Shown here in pieces: positions 19,455-29,313 of a stretch of 64,000 bases of DNA. The notes under the pieces are model-generated. The model saw only the letters and a list, made by a program, of their open reading frames with translations. It did no database searches and was not told the origin of the DNA. How positions within the stretch are numbered: the stretch's first letter is position 1; each line of letters opens with the position of its first letter. The stretch covers positions 672,001 through 736,000 of the forward strand of contig CAVRKK010000002.1 of NCBI GenBank assembly GCA_963722385.1. The letters are read 5' to 3'. The translations under genes were made by a program, and so were the position numbers. This DNA is from an uncultured bacterium. GTDB taxonomy: Bacteria; Babelota; Babeliae; Babelales; Babelaceae.

Positions 19455-20330
19455 ATGGATTATAATCGTATTTTCTTGATGCTTAATTGCTTTTTTGTTG
19501 CATCGGTGATAGGTGTACTTTTTTACCGCTTTAATATGGCATCGGGCGATGAACCTCATGGGCTTTTTGATGCGCGGGGGATTCCTAGCCAAGCATTGAT
19601 ACGGCTGCTTGATGTTTTGCAGGTTTCACATGAGAGAACGATTGAAAGCATGGTAAATGCTACACAAAAAACACTTTTGCGCCCTGCAGGCGCTGAGCGC
19701 TGGGAAGCGGAAGATAGATACGGTGAAAAAAAGCCAAAGCTTATGCCTTTGTTTGATCAGTTGGGCATGATTCAAAAAAAAGTTCCCTCTCAGCAGCATT
19801 ATGCGTATGTAGTTTTGCTTGGCTCGTTATATGATAACGTCAAAGACCGGTTACTCTTTCTTGCGCGGGCATGGGACCGAGGGGTTAGGTTTGACACATT
19901 GGTGCTTTTGGGGGGTCAGCGGCCTTTGCTTCATGATGAGCAGGAGAGCTTAAAGGCGCTTGCTCCATCTGAGAAGCCACTTTCTGAAACTGACATGTTA
20001 AAGCTTGCTTATCATTATTTATCTATTCCCCAGACCATGAGAGAGGTTCCGGTTGTTTTTGTGGACGCTCCTAAGCCCCTAGGAGCACGTAGGCCAACAA
20101 CGAGTGACACGATTGCCGCATGGCTAAGCATGCAGCCCATTTCTGGATCGGTTTTAGCAGTTTCTTCTCAGCCATTTATAGGTTATCAGGATGCGGTTTT
20201 GCACACTTTTTTGCCAAAAGATTTTGTAGTGGAAACGGTTGGCAATAACGCTCGCGAAGAAGTGACCACGGCGGTATATCTCGATACACTGGCTCGCTGG
20301 CTTTATCAACTCCGACAGCAAGCAGAATAA
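19455..20330 (+). CDS. membrane-anchored hypothetical protein, possibly YdcF/DUF218-like fold
   Basis: N-terminal TM segment. VVLLG...LLGGQRPL...SETDM...RPTTSDT...VSSQPF pattern. Confidence 0.6.
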   Translation: MDYNRIFLMLNCFFVASVIGVLFYRFNMASGDEPHGLFDARGIPSQALIRLLDVLQVSHERTIESMVNATQKTLLRPAGAERWEAEDRYGEKKPKLMPLFDQLGMIQKKVPSQQHYAYVVLLGSLYDNVKDRLLFLARAWDRGVRFDTLVLLGGQRPLLHDEQESLKALAPSEKPLSETDMLKLAYHYLSIPQTMREVPVVFVDAPKPLGARRPTTSDTIAAWLSMQPISGSVLAVSSQPFIGYQDAVLHTFLPKDFVVETVGNNAREEVTTAVYLDTLARWLYQLRQQAE

Positions 20331-20331
20331 A

Positions 20332-20746
20332 GAATATCGCCTGCCGGGCCGACTTCGCCAAGGCTGGGCGCCTCCGCGGCGAGCGCGCCTGTGCCGCGGG
20401 CACACCTACGCAGTGGGCGGCAGGAGCGTGCTCCTGCACCTGTAGATTTTGTTTCTTTCTTTATAAGCTTATTTCTCAACTTTGTTTAATGCCATAACCA
20501 TGCGGAGCGCATGATTACGGCAAACGCAATTCTCCTAACGGAGAATAATTTTTTGTTCTCTAGTAAATCTCTAAAATCTTTAATAAATAAAAGTCTGATG
20601 AGGCCCTCCGTAATAGCCCGGCGCATCCTTCCGGGATGCAAGGTGCATGAGTAGGGCCGCTTGGATTAGGGGCCGGGGAAAGCGGCGCATGGGTTGCAAG
20701 GGGGTTTGCGAGAACCCCGCTTGCCGCTCGCCGCGGAGGCGTATTC
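20332..20746 (+). repeat. structured intergenic element, copy 2 (subtype A, internally shortened)
   Basis: About 175 bp are nearly identical to the start of the copy at 29314. Ends in CGCTCGCCGCGGAGGCGTATTC. Confidence 0.9.
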
Positions 20747-20802
20747 GCTAATCACCTTCTCTTGGAGGTTGTTTCAGATGAGCTACGTCGCAGATATCGC
20801 AT

Positions 20803-20840
20803 AAAAAAACGAGCCATGAGTTTTAGCCCATGGCTCGTTT
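20803..20840 (-). terminator. intrinsic terminator of the OmpA/Pal gene
   Basis: AAACGAGCCATG/CATGGCTCGTTT stem followed by a T-run on the minus strand. Confidence 0.8.
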
Positions 20841-20861
20841 AAATCTTGACGACAGGATCGC

Positions 20862-21629
20862 TTATAACGCGCCCTCTTCTTCAAAGCCGTCTTCTTCTTC
20901 AGGCTCTTGCTGCTCGGTGGCCTGAGATGACTCGGCAGCAACCTGCTCTGCTGGCTCTTTAAGTACGTAGAACTCAACACGCCGATTTGCCGCTTGCTGT
21001 TCCATATCGCCTTCTGGAACGAGGCACATCTCATATCCTCGGCCGACGACCTTCATTTTTTCTCGTGGAACTCCCTGCTCAGTAAAGTACTTCGCAACTG
21101 CCTCAGCGCGTTGCTCGGATAGATGCATGTTATACAGGGCGGAACCAGCAAAACGACATGCATGGCCCTCTACAACAATTGTTGAACCCTTGCGCACTAA
21201 GCCAGAAATTCTTCTGAGGTTGGCATCAAGGACTGCCTGCTGATCTGGTCTTATTGAATATTCACCAAAACTAAAGTAAACAGGCCTGAAGCCGTGCTCC
21301 TGTGCTTGATCAAGGCGCTTGTCGACCCATGCCTCATCAACCAAGTCATGTTCAACTAAAGCAATCTCTTCTTCTGTTGCTGGTGCTGGCGGTACAAATG
21401 CATTGCCAGGCTCTTCTAAAATAAAGCCCTCAACATCTTCGCTGGCCATTGGCTTGCTTTCAACTTCATAGGCACCCGGCATTTGCTCGGTATATGCCTC
21501 TTGAACACAAGGCTCAATAACAGTTTCTGTCGAGACTGGGCGCGCTCTCACTATCCTTCGCTGACAAGGCTGGCGACAGGCAGGAATAGCTAAAAGCGCC
21601 AGTCCAAGAAGAACTATTCTTTTGTTCAT
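20862..21629 (-). CDS. OmpA-family (Pal-like) peptidoglycan-associated lipoprotein
   Basis: Lipobox-like LAIPAC. VYFSFGEYSI, VEGHA, YNMHLSEQRAEAV and NRRVEF motifs. Acidic linker and tail. Confidence 0.9.
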   Translation of the reverse strand: MNKRIVLLGLALLAIPACRQPCQRRIVRARPVSTETVIEPCVQEAYTEQMPGAYEVESKPMASEDVEGFILEEPGNAFVPPAPATEEEIALVEHDLVDEAWVDKRLDQAQEHGFRPVYFSFGEYSIRPDQQAVLDANLRRISGLVRKGSTIVVEGHACRFAGSALYNMHLSEQRAEAVAKYFTEQGVPREKMKVVGRGYEMCLVPEGDMEQQAANRRVEFYVLKEPAEQVAAESSQATEQQEPEEEDGFEEEGAL

Positions 21630-21783
21630 GGGACCATCTCCGGTATCATAAGGGAGTAAATGTTATTATGTATAACGCACTTTAGCACAAATTTTTCTAA
21701 TTTTCTACTTATTATCAGAGATATAAGGTATGCTAGTAATATACAAAAAAAGAATTACCTGAGCCGATAACGTTCGATTTACT

Positions 21784-23304
21784 ATGAAAAAAATTTTAAT
21801 TAATGACAATCTTTGGCAAACACGTATCGCTATTATCCATGATGAAAAACTGGATAATCTTTACCTTGGCACACCCTCAACCGAGAGCCTTGAGCGCTGC
21901 TATTTCAAAGGCAACGTCGTAAAGGTGCTTCCTGGCATTCAGACAGCCTTTGTCGACATTGGGCAAGAAAAGGCTGGTTTTCTCCACATTTCTGAGATAG
22001 ATCGCGAGCTTGCTATTAAACGCATGAGCGAACAGCTTGAAGATATCGATGAGACAGATCACGCCGAAAGGCCCGAGCTGCCGACTCGCCGAGAAATGGA
22101 CATCAACAAGATCTTGAAAGAGAAGGAATCGATCCTTGTCCAGGTCAGCAAAGAGCCGGTTTACGAAAAAGGCGCTAAGCTCACCACCTGTTTTACTCTA
22201 CCTGGCCGCTTTATTGTTCTGATGCCGAATATTCCGCGTATTGGCATATCAAAGAAAATAGAGGACCGTGACGAACGTAACCGCTTGCGTGAACTCGTCG
22301 GCAAGCAATTACCTGAGGGCATGGGAGCTATTATCAGGACCAGCTCAGAGCACAAGCAAGAATATGAGATTTCCCAGGATATTGCATATTTGCTTGATAC
22401 GTGGCAAACAATTCTTAAGCGCTATAAAGAATCGGAGCCCGGCCAGAAACTTTACGAAGATATTGACATATCACTTCAGGTTATACGCGACCATCTTGAT
22501 AGCGATGTTGAGCTTGTGTTATGCGACAATTATGAAAGCCAAAGCCGCATTTATAAATTCGTTAAGCGCATAGCGCCCGAGCATGCATATAAGATTCGCT
22601 TGTATGAAGATAAATTGCTACTCTTTCAAAAGTTTGGTCTCGAAAGACAAATCGAACAAGCACTTGAAAAAAAGGTATATTTAAAATCCGGTGGCTCGCT
22701 TATTATAGAGACAACCGAAGCAATGACGGTTATCGATGTCAACACAGGACGGTACACGGGACAATCAAGACTTGAAGAAACAATTCTCAAGATCAACCTT
22801 GAAGCAGCAGAAGAAGTTGTCAGGCAGCTCAGGTTGCGTAACATTGGTGGACTAATTGTTATCGATTTTATCGATATGGTTTCAGTTGCGCATCGTCAAA
22901 AGCTTTACCGCTTTTTAGAGAAAACATTGAAAGAGCAGGATAAATTTCAATCAGTTGTACTCAAAGTTTCCGAATTTGGTCTTGTACAAATGACACGCAA
23001 GCGTTCAGGTAAAACGCTCATTCAGCAAATGACCGAAACCTGTCATACGTGTCGGGGGCTTGGATTTGTCAGATCAGTTTCAACGGAAAGCTTTATGATT
23101 TTACGGAAGTTACAAGAAGAACTCATCCATAAACCCGCCAGTAAAACCGCGATCACTCTTTCGGTGCACCCGACTATTTTGACCTATATCACGTCAACCG
23201 AGTACAATGCCATACTGAATCTTGAAAAGGCATATAAGGTAAAAATTATGCTGGTAACGCATGATAGTCCTGATAAAAGCTTGTACGAGATGAGCTACGA
23301 TTAG
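21784..23304 (+). CDS. rng: ribonuclease E/G family (RNase G size)
   Basis: S1 domain VLPGIQTAFVDIG, IDVNTG, LRNIGGLIVIDFIDM and a CxxC-x-G Zn link. Confidence 0.93.
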   Translation: MKKILINDNLWQTRIAIIHDEKLDNLYLGTPSTESLERCYFKGNVVKVLPGIQTAFVDIGQEKAGFLHISEIDRELAIKRMSEQLEDIDETDHAERPELPTRREMDINKILKEKESILVQVSKEPVYEKGAKLTTCFTLPGRFIVLMPNIPRIGISKKIEDRDERNRLRELVGKQLPEGMGAIIRTSSEHKQEYEISQDIAYLLDTWQTILKRYKESEPGQKLYEDIDISLQVIRDHLDSDVELVLCDNYESQSRIYKFVKRIAPEHAYKIRLYEDKLLLFQKFGLERQIEQALEKKVYLKSGGSLIIETTEAMTVIDVNTGRYTGQSRLEETILKINLEAAEEVVRQLRLRNIGGLIVIDFIDMVSVAHRQKLYRFLEKTLKEQDKFQSVVLKVSEFGLVQMTRKRSGKTLIQQMTETCHTCRGLGFVRSVSTESFMILRKLQEELIHKPASKTAITLSVHPTILTYITSTEYNAILNLEKAYKVKIMLVTHDSPDKSLYEMSYD

Positions 23305-24599
23305 CCAGGGCGTATCCACCTAAAGCCGAACAGCTGCTCAGGCTCAGGGGTATAGCGTTCTTGGTCAGCTTCTTTGAGTATGTGGCGTATAAGTGTCTTA
23401 ATTTTGTGAGGGAACTTTTTATTGCTCAACGGCGCCATGTGCTCGCGTATACTTGTCTTGTAGTTAATGTCAGTTAGCATGCGCGTTAATTTTTTGGGTA
23501 AGTCATTGTAGCTGGTGAGCACTTCGCCGAGCTTGTGCTTTTTGACAATTTCGGGCTGCATCCGCTCGACCTCCAGCGGCTCCGATACGCTGTCAATGAG
23601 CAGGGGAACTTGCATTTCTATCGCTTCAACGAGCGTTGTAGCACCTGCCTTGGTAATTAAGACATCCGAAATAGCCATAAGGTCAGATATTCTTCGGGTA
23701 AAGCCAATAATAGATCTGGTCACATTGGGCGGAAACTTGATACGCTCGATGCTTTTGCGAATAGCTTCGTTTTTGCCAATACAAATAAGCAGGTGTAAAG
23801 AAAAGTCCATTTTAGCAATATGCTTAAGGTACGCGACCGATTTAGATGAACCCGTCGCACCCATGAGCATCATGACGACTGGCTTGTTTGCAGGTACGCC
23901 AAAATCTTTTCTTATTTGTTTTTTGTCTTTAGGTTGAAAAAAATCAGGCCTGAGCGGGAATCCATAGGCTTTAATAAAATAGGGGTAAATCCATGCTTCT
24001 TTGGCTTTGTCGCGGAGCAACTCATCGTCAAAGGGAAGCGTGCAATAGAATGGACGGGACGGGTACATATCCGTTAGGTAACGGCTTGTATCACAGTCGG
24101 GAGCTATCAGTAAGAAGGGTATATTGAGGCGCCGTGCCGCCTCATTGAGCGCGTAATTTAAAACGGGTATGACCGAAATAACCAAGTCCGGTTTTTCGAT
24201 GCGTAAATATTTTTCAAGCTCATCCTCAAGATAGCGCGTGTGGCGGCGCATCGATGATATGCCGAAGAAAAATGTTTTATTAATGATCCAGCGGCAATCG
24301 CGTGCCAGCAAGCAATTGTAAAAATCCTCGCTGTCCATATAACCAAAAGATAAAGCGCGCACGGGGTCTAATTTCCCCCAGACTTTTTCAAGGGGATTAA
24401 ATGCGACCAGATCGTATTCCGGGCAAAGATAATTTTTTAATGCATCGAGCATCGATTTATGCGCACCACCGCCCTTGCTCCAAGCGATAGCAACTTTTTT
24501 CTTTTTATGGGCTATCGTACTACCATATGCTGCCTGCTCACCAATTTGCAGCATGCCAATTACGAAGCTTATAAGAATCCAATAAGCACTTTTTTTCAT
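23301..24599 (-). CDS. MGDG-synthase/UgtP-like GT28 glycosyltransferase with N-terminal signal-like segment
   Basis: GGGAH, PDLVISVIP, GFPLRPDF and MAISDVLITKAGATTLVEA motifs. Confidence 0.85.
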   Translation of the reverse strand: MKKSAYWILISFVIGMLQIGEQAAYGSTIAHKKKKVAIAWSKGGGAHKSMLDALKNYLCPEYDLVAFNPLEKVWGKLDPVRALSFGYMDSEDFYNCLLARDCRWIINKTFFFGISSMRRHTRYLEDELEKYLRIEKPDLVISVIPVLNYALNEAARRLNIPFLLIAPDCDTSRYLTDMYPSRPFYCTLPFDDELLRDKAKEAWIYPYFIKAYGFPLRPDFFQPKDKKQIRKDFGVPANKPVVMMLMGATGSSKSVAYLKHIAKMDFSLHLLICIGKNEAIRKSIERIKFPPNVTRSIIGFTRRISDLMAISDVLITKAGATTLVEAIEMQVPLLIDSVSEPLEVERMQPEIVKKHKLGEVLTSYNDLPKKLTRMLTDINYKTSIREHMAPLSNKKFPHKIKTLIRHILKEADQERYTPEPEQLFGFRWIRPG

Positions 24600-24867
24600 A
24601 TAATTTTTTAGACCACCATACGTAGCGATAGTTAATATACGTATTTAGCCTACACTACTTTGTTTATCAAAACAATAGTATGCCTTAAAGGCGATTATAC
24701 CAAGGTTCTCCGCAAATTTACATGCAAAAGCAGGCTTTCGGACCCGATATTTGTTAGCAGGGCCTTGGCGAGCCGCTTGACGAATTAAACATATTGACTA
24801 ATAGTTAATAAGGTTGTTATAATTATTCAAAATAGCTGTTAAGTTGGTAAAAAATATGAGGTCTTTA

Positions 24868-26349
24868 ATGAATTTAAAATTTATATGCGCACTACTTTTT
24901 CTCTTGTTCGGTGCAGCGCCTATAATGAGTATGGAAGGCGGCAAGCGACCTAATAAAGAAAAAGAAAAGGAAAAAGAGCAAGAACGTTCGCGCGCTGAAG
25001 AAGCAGAAAAAAAAGAAGAAGAACGACCAGCAACCAAAAAGCCTCGTTATGGTCAAGCCGAAGAGGCTGAAGCACCAATAAAATTGGAAGAAGCAAAGCC
25101 TTGGAGCGGTGTTGCACAAATAGAATTGCTCTCTTCTCTGAGCCAAGATATTGTTAATTACGATGATGCGCGGCTTGCTCTTGAAAATGGGGCCGATGCC
25201 AGTTCATGGCATGGTATTATAGAGGAAGCGTTTGATAGCCCACTTTTGTTTCTACTCCGCCGAATTGCCAGCCCAGAAAATTGGGGAAGGCAACAAAATC
25301 CACTGAAACTCATAGAACTTCTTATCGAATATGGTGCTGATGTTAATCAGGCAGGCTTCGCGCAAGGAAGGTCCGAGCTTCCGCTTTTAATAGCATTAGA
25401 CAATAACAATAAACAGCTTGCCGAATGGTTACTTAAGCATGGAGCTAATATATGGCACCATGCTTTTGTTGAGAGAGCTACAAATTCTCGTGATATTCTG
25501 CTTCTTCTTCAGCGTTATGGGCTTGACGTAAATACTTGGATAGGTACTATGCTGCACAGCGCTACAAATGCTTATTTGCAAGCCATAAGATTGGGGAACA
25601 TGAGCGAGCAGTTGCAAATGAAAAAGGTGCTCGATTATCTTATATTTTTGGGCGTTAACCCTGAGAAATATCAAGCGCAGAGACCGCTTGAAGGGTACCT
25701 CAACACACTACTTCCTATTTTAAGAAACATTGCTTTGGACCAAACAGAGGCAGCTTTAGAAGGTCTCAAAAAAATTGAAGGCTCCCTTCGGCCATGGATG
25801 TATGCTTACTTGCCTATTAAAGATGACTCACGAATAGACCTTGTAAACATTGCTTTTCGTCTGGCAGCTGCTCATGAGAATATTGCTATTGTCACCTATC
25901 TTTTTCGTCAATTTATGCCTATTTTAAGACCGAGCACTCTTCGGACATCTTTCTTGACGGCAGCTCTCACAGGGCATATTTCTATTCTTGAGATGCTGTA
26001 TAATGCACAATTGGTCGAAGGAACCGAATGGACTCAAAACCTCAATGGGGCACTGAGGGCTGCTGCTCAGCAACGCCATAGAGATGTGGTAGCTTTTATC
26101 TTAAAAATAGCTAAAGAGCTGGCTGCTGTGGGGAAAGTTGAGCCCCTCAAACTTCTTGATGTAATCGAGCATCTCAATGTGCTGTTGGGCAATCAGAAAT
26201 TGCCTCAAAACATAAGAAGGCAGTTTGAGCAAATCCGACAAATGCTCTGGGATCAAATTATTCTTAGGACTCAAGAATCAATGGCGGCGGCCTCTTCTTC
26301 GCAGCTAAGACCAGGAGCTCAGCCGCCGGGCTATTTTGGAGGTGAGTAA
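24868..26349 (+). CDS. exported ankyrin-repeat protein (candidate effector)
   Basis: Signal peptide and a charged KE-rich stretch. Ankyrin units ALENGADA, LIEYGADVN and LLKHGANI. Upstream TTGACT-N18-TATAAT at 24794-24823. Confidence 0.85.
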   Translation: MNLKFICALLFLLFGAAPIMSMEGGKRPNKEKEKEKEQERSRAEEAEKKEEERPATKKPRYGQAEEAEAPIKLEEAKPWSGVAQIELLSSLSQDIVNYDDARLALENGADASSWHGIIEEAFDSPLLFLLRRIASPENWGRQQNPLKLIELLIEYGADVNQAGFAQGRSELPLLIALDNNNKQLAEWLLKHGANIWHHAFVERATNSRDILLLLQRYGLDVNTWIGTMLHSATNAYLQAIRLGNMSEQLQMKKVLDYLIFLGVNPEKYQAQRPLEGYLNTLLPILRNIALDQTEAALEGLKKIEGSLRPWMYAYLPIKDDSRIDLVNIAFRLAAAHENIAIVTYLFRQFMPILRPSTLRTSFLTAALTGHISILEMLYNAQLVEGTEWTQNLNGALRAAAQQRHRDVVAFILKIAKELAAVGKVEPLKLLDVIEHLNVLLGNQKLPQNIRRQFEQIRQMLWDQIILRTQESMAAASSSQLRPGAQPPGYFGGE

Positions 26350-26462
26350 TTCAGGTATGGAAAAGCGAACAATTTCGCCACGCTTATTTTTCTTGCGCTT
26401 TATTTATTCCAGATGTTAAATTAAGTAAGAGTATATTAGAAATATATAAACAAAGGAAAATA

Positions 26463-26984
26463 ATGAAGCGCTTTTCCCTTGTCGTAATGCTTACTCTTAC
26501 GTGCGCGCTGGGCCTTTCAGGAATGGCTAAAAATAGCCACCGTTCGCCTGCTCACAAAAATAATAGCTGGCAAAAAGGCAGCAAAAGGTCTTTGCCCATC
26601 CATTACAATCATAAGAAAACTTGGCGTTCGCCATTCGGGGCTGGCCACCGTTATTCTTCTCGCCCATTTCACTCGAGGAAAGACTATCTTTCTGGTCGGC
26701 ACTACCGCGCTCACCCACAACGCTCGCCAAGTCGAATTAAGTGGCGCCGCCATCACCGCAGAAACTTCCCTCGCTCTCGGCGCTTTAGTAGCGGGGGATA
26801 TGGCTGGTCAGACGGAGATTACTATGACTTTGGCGGCTGGGACTATGGCGGTGATGCCTGGGGTTGGGGCTGGTGGGGGCCTATGCCACCCTATTTTTCT
26901 GCAGGCTTGGGGGTCGGTTGCGCATCGGGTATGCCAACACAGGGTTATGCTTGGCTTGGTTTTGGGTATCCACCTTATTACTGA
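26463..26984 (+). CDS. exported low-complexity protein (R/H/S-rich, then G/W/Y-rich)
   Basis: AAGGA SD, signal peptide and strongly biased composition. Confidence 0.7.
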   Translation: MKRFSLVVMLTLTCALGLSGMAKNSHRSPAHKNNSWQKGSKRSLPIHYNHKKTWRSPFGAGHRYSSRPFHSRKDYLSGRHYRAHPQRSPSRIKWRRHHRRNFPRSRRFSSGGYGWSDGDYYDFGGWDYGGDAWGWGWWGPMPPYFSAGLGVGCASGMPTQGYAWLGFGYPPYY

Positions 26985-27140
26985 CCAAGCGTTCCATCTA
27001 ATGCAAACCCAGCAATATGTTGTATGAGTTCTGCGGGAGCGATGTTTGTCAGGTGGCGAACAACTTCCTCCGGATGAGCCGCTGCATAGCGTGATTGAGC
27101 TGTTCAAGGATCGCCCCGCGCTTATGCAGCGGGCACTTTT

Positions 27141-27525
27141 AATCGCCTGCGCGGCTGGCGCGCCTCCGCGGCGAGCGGCAGGACTTAGTCCTGCACCCGT
27201 TACCATTTGTTCTCCTGCCATACTGTCCATCTTGCTCTATTTGCTATGCTTGTATAATGTGCCATACCCATGTGGGGCACATGGCTAGGCACTTTCGCAT
27301 TCACCTTCGGTGAAGTTTGTAATAACCCCTTTTGTTCATCGCCAGTAAAGCTTTTAGGGCTGTTTGAAAAAATCATGGAAAAGTCCGAATTTCATCATGC
27401 CTTGCATGATTGGCTTTTGTTTGGTGACGCGTTACGCGTCACCAAACGGCTAGAGAGCCAGTACGCAGAACCCGCCGGGATTGTTAAGGGACTACGTTCC
27501 TTAACCGCCGGCTGCGCAGGCGATT
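27141..27525 (+). repeat. structured intergenic element, copy 3 (subtype B)
   Basis: 20-bp imperfect terminal inverted repeat AATCGCCTGCGCGGCTGGCG / CGCCGGCTGCGCAGGCGATT. Hairpin series homologous to the other copies. Confidence 0.8.
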
Positions 27526-27874
27526 TTATTCCCAGCTACCATGACCAAAGCCTCCTGTTCAAAGTTTGCTTTTGACATGCAGCTGTGTAGGCATATATCA
27601 AACCCATGATGGTATATGGAAGGGCCGATCTGAGAAAAGGCCCTCAAGCTCCACATGAGGCTGGTTGGAAAGTATCGTATAAGGTTCGCTCAGTAAGCTG
27701 GGTGGCTAAAGGTATAAAAGCTAAGCTAATGCTGCTTGGCAAAGTTATTGGCGTAGCGACTTCGCGGTTGCCACTTCACGAATGCTTCTGTTTATAACCA
27801 TACAAGCTTGTTGTGAAAATTCGCAGATTTGTTATTCTCAAAGAAACATTGATGCGCTTATAAAAGAATTACTC

Positions 27875-29308
27875 ATGAATGATGCCTACGAAGTTGATAT
27901 CGGTATAGAAGTTCACGTTCAGCTCAAAACCAGGAGCAAGCTTTTTTGCTCAAGCGCGGTTGCGCCAGCAGACGAGCCGAACACACATATTTGTCCCGTC
28001 TGCATCGGGCATCCAGGTGTTTTGCCCGTCCTTAACACCGAAGTCATCCATTACGCCCTTATGGCAGCCCTTGGAACGTCTTCTGTCATCGCGCCTGAAA
28101 GCGAGTTTGCTCGTAAGCATTATTTCTATCCCGATTTGCCTAAAAATTACCAAATTACTCAGCATGATAAGCCTTTTTGCACCGAAGGGCATATACTCAT
28201 CCGCCTCGAAGATGGGGCGATAAAAAAAATTCGCTTGATACGCATCCATATCGAAGAAGATGCTGGCAAGAATATTCATGCGCCTCACAGCAATGAAAGT
28301 TTTGTAGACTTTAATCGTGCGGGTACGCCGCTCTTAGAAATAGTAAGCTATCCTGATATTAAAAGCTCAGCTGAAGCGCGGGCCTACCTTAAGGCACTTC
28401 GCACGCTTGTTTTGTATCTTGATATTAGCACAGGCAATATGGAAGAAGGTGCATTACGAGCTGATACCAATGTCTCGGTGCGCAAAAGAGGCCAGGCAAA
28501 GCTTGGCACGCGCTGTGAGCTCAAGAACATCAATTCTTTTAAATTTATTAGCGACGCTATCGAGTATGAAGTTGATCGCCAGATTGCTTTGCTCGAGCAG
28601 GGGCGGCCGGTGCTACAGGAAACTCGCTCATGGGATACCAAGGAGCACAAGACGGTAACGCTGCGCAGCAAAGAAGAAGCGGCCGATTACCGCTACTTTC
28701 CCGACCCTGATCTTCCTAAAATTAGAGTTACCCCCGAGGATGTGGCGCCAGTGCAAAAAAGCATGCCTGAGCTTCCCCATGAAAAGTTTGATCGTCTATG
28801 CTCGGTCTATGGACTCACGCCCTATGAAGCAGAAATACTTATCACAGATAAAGCATTAGCCGATTATTACGAGCGCGCTGCTGAAGCTTATCCAAGTAAG
28901 AGCCTTATTAACTGGGTGGTTCGGGACATACTCAAGCTGCTTAAAGAAGAGAAGCTTGCTATTGACCAGCTTTTAATGAGCCCCGTATACCTTGCTGAGC
29001 TTGTCTCTTTGCTTGAGCGTGGGACTATCAATAATCGCATCGCGCAAGAAATTTTTGAGGAAGTTTCCCGTACGGGCAAATCACCAAGCGAGCTCGTAAA
29101 GCTCAAGGGCCTTGAGCAGCTTGGCTCATCCGAAGAGCTTGAGGCAGTTATCAAAGCGATCATTGCCAACAATCCCGAGCAAGTTGCCGGCTATAAAGCA
29201 GGAAAAGAAAAGCTCTGGGGCTTCTTTGTCGGCCAGGCCATGCAAAAAACCCAAGGCCGCGGCAATCCGCAAGTTATCAACGAGCTTCTGAAAAAGTATC
29301 TCAAATAA
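27875..29308 (+). CDS. gatB: Asp-tRNA(Asn)/Glu-tRNA(Gln) amidotransferase subunit B
   Basis: IGIEVHVQL, RKHYFYPDLPKNYQITQ, HIEEDAGK, DFNRAGTPLLEIVS and DYRYFPDPDLP. Confidence 0.98.
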   Translation: MNDAYEVDIGIEVHVQLKTRSKLFCSSAVAPADEPNTHICPVCIGHPGVLPVLNTEVIHYALMAALGTSSVIAPESEFARKHYFYPDLPKNYQITQHDKPFCTEGHILIRLEDGAIKKIRLIRIHIEEDAGKNIHAPHSNESFVDFNRAGTPLLEIVSYPDIKSSAEARAYLKALRTLVLYLDISTGNMEEGALRADTNVSVRKRGQAKLGTRCELKNINSFKFISDAIEYEVDRQIALLEQGRPVLQETRSWDTKEHKTVTLRSKEEAADYRYFPDPDLPKIRVTPEDVAPVQKSMPELPHEKFDRLCSVYGLTPYEAEILITDKALADYYERAAEAYPSKSLINWVVRDILKLLKEEKLAIDQLLMSPVYLAELVSLLERGTINNRIAQEIFEEVSRTGKSPSELVKLKGLEQLGSSEELEAVIKAIIANNPEQVAGYKAGKEKLWGFFVGQAMQKTQGRGNPQVINELLKKYLK

Positions 29309-29313
29309 CGACT

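Noticed and set aside
27570..27800. TTGACA followed by a 63-codon ORF and small hairpins upstream of gatB
   Set aside because: No SD, no recognisable protein motif and no T-box or riboswitch consensus, so there is not enough support to call it.
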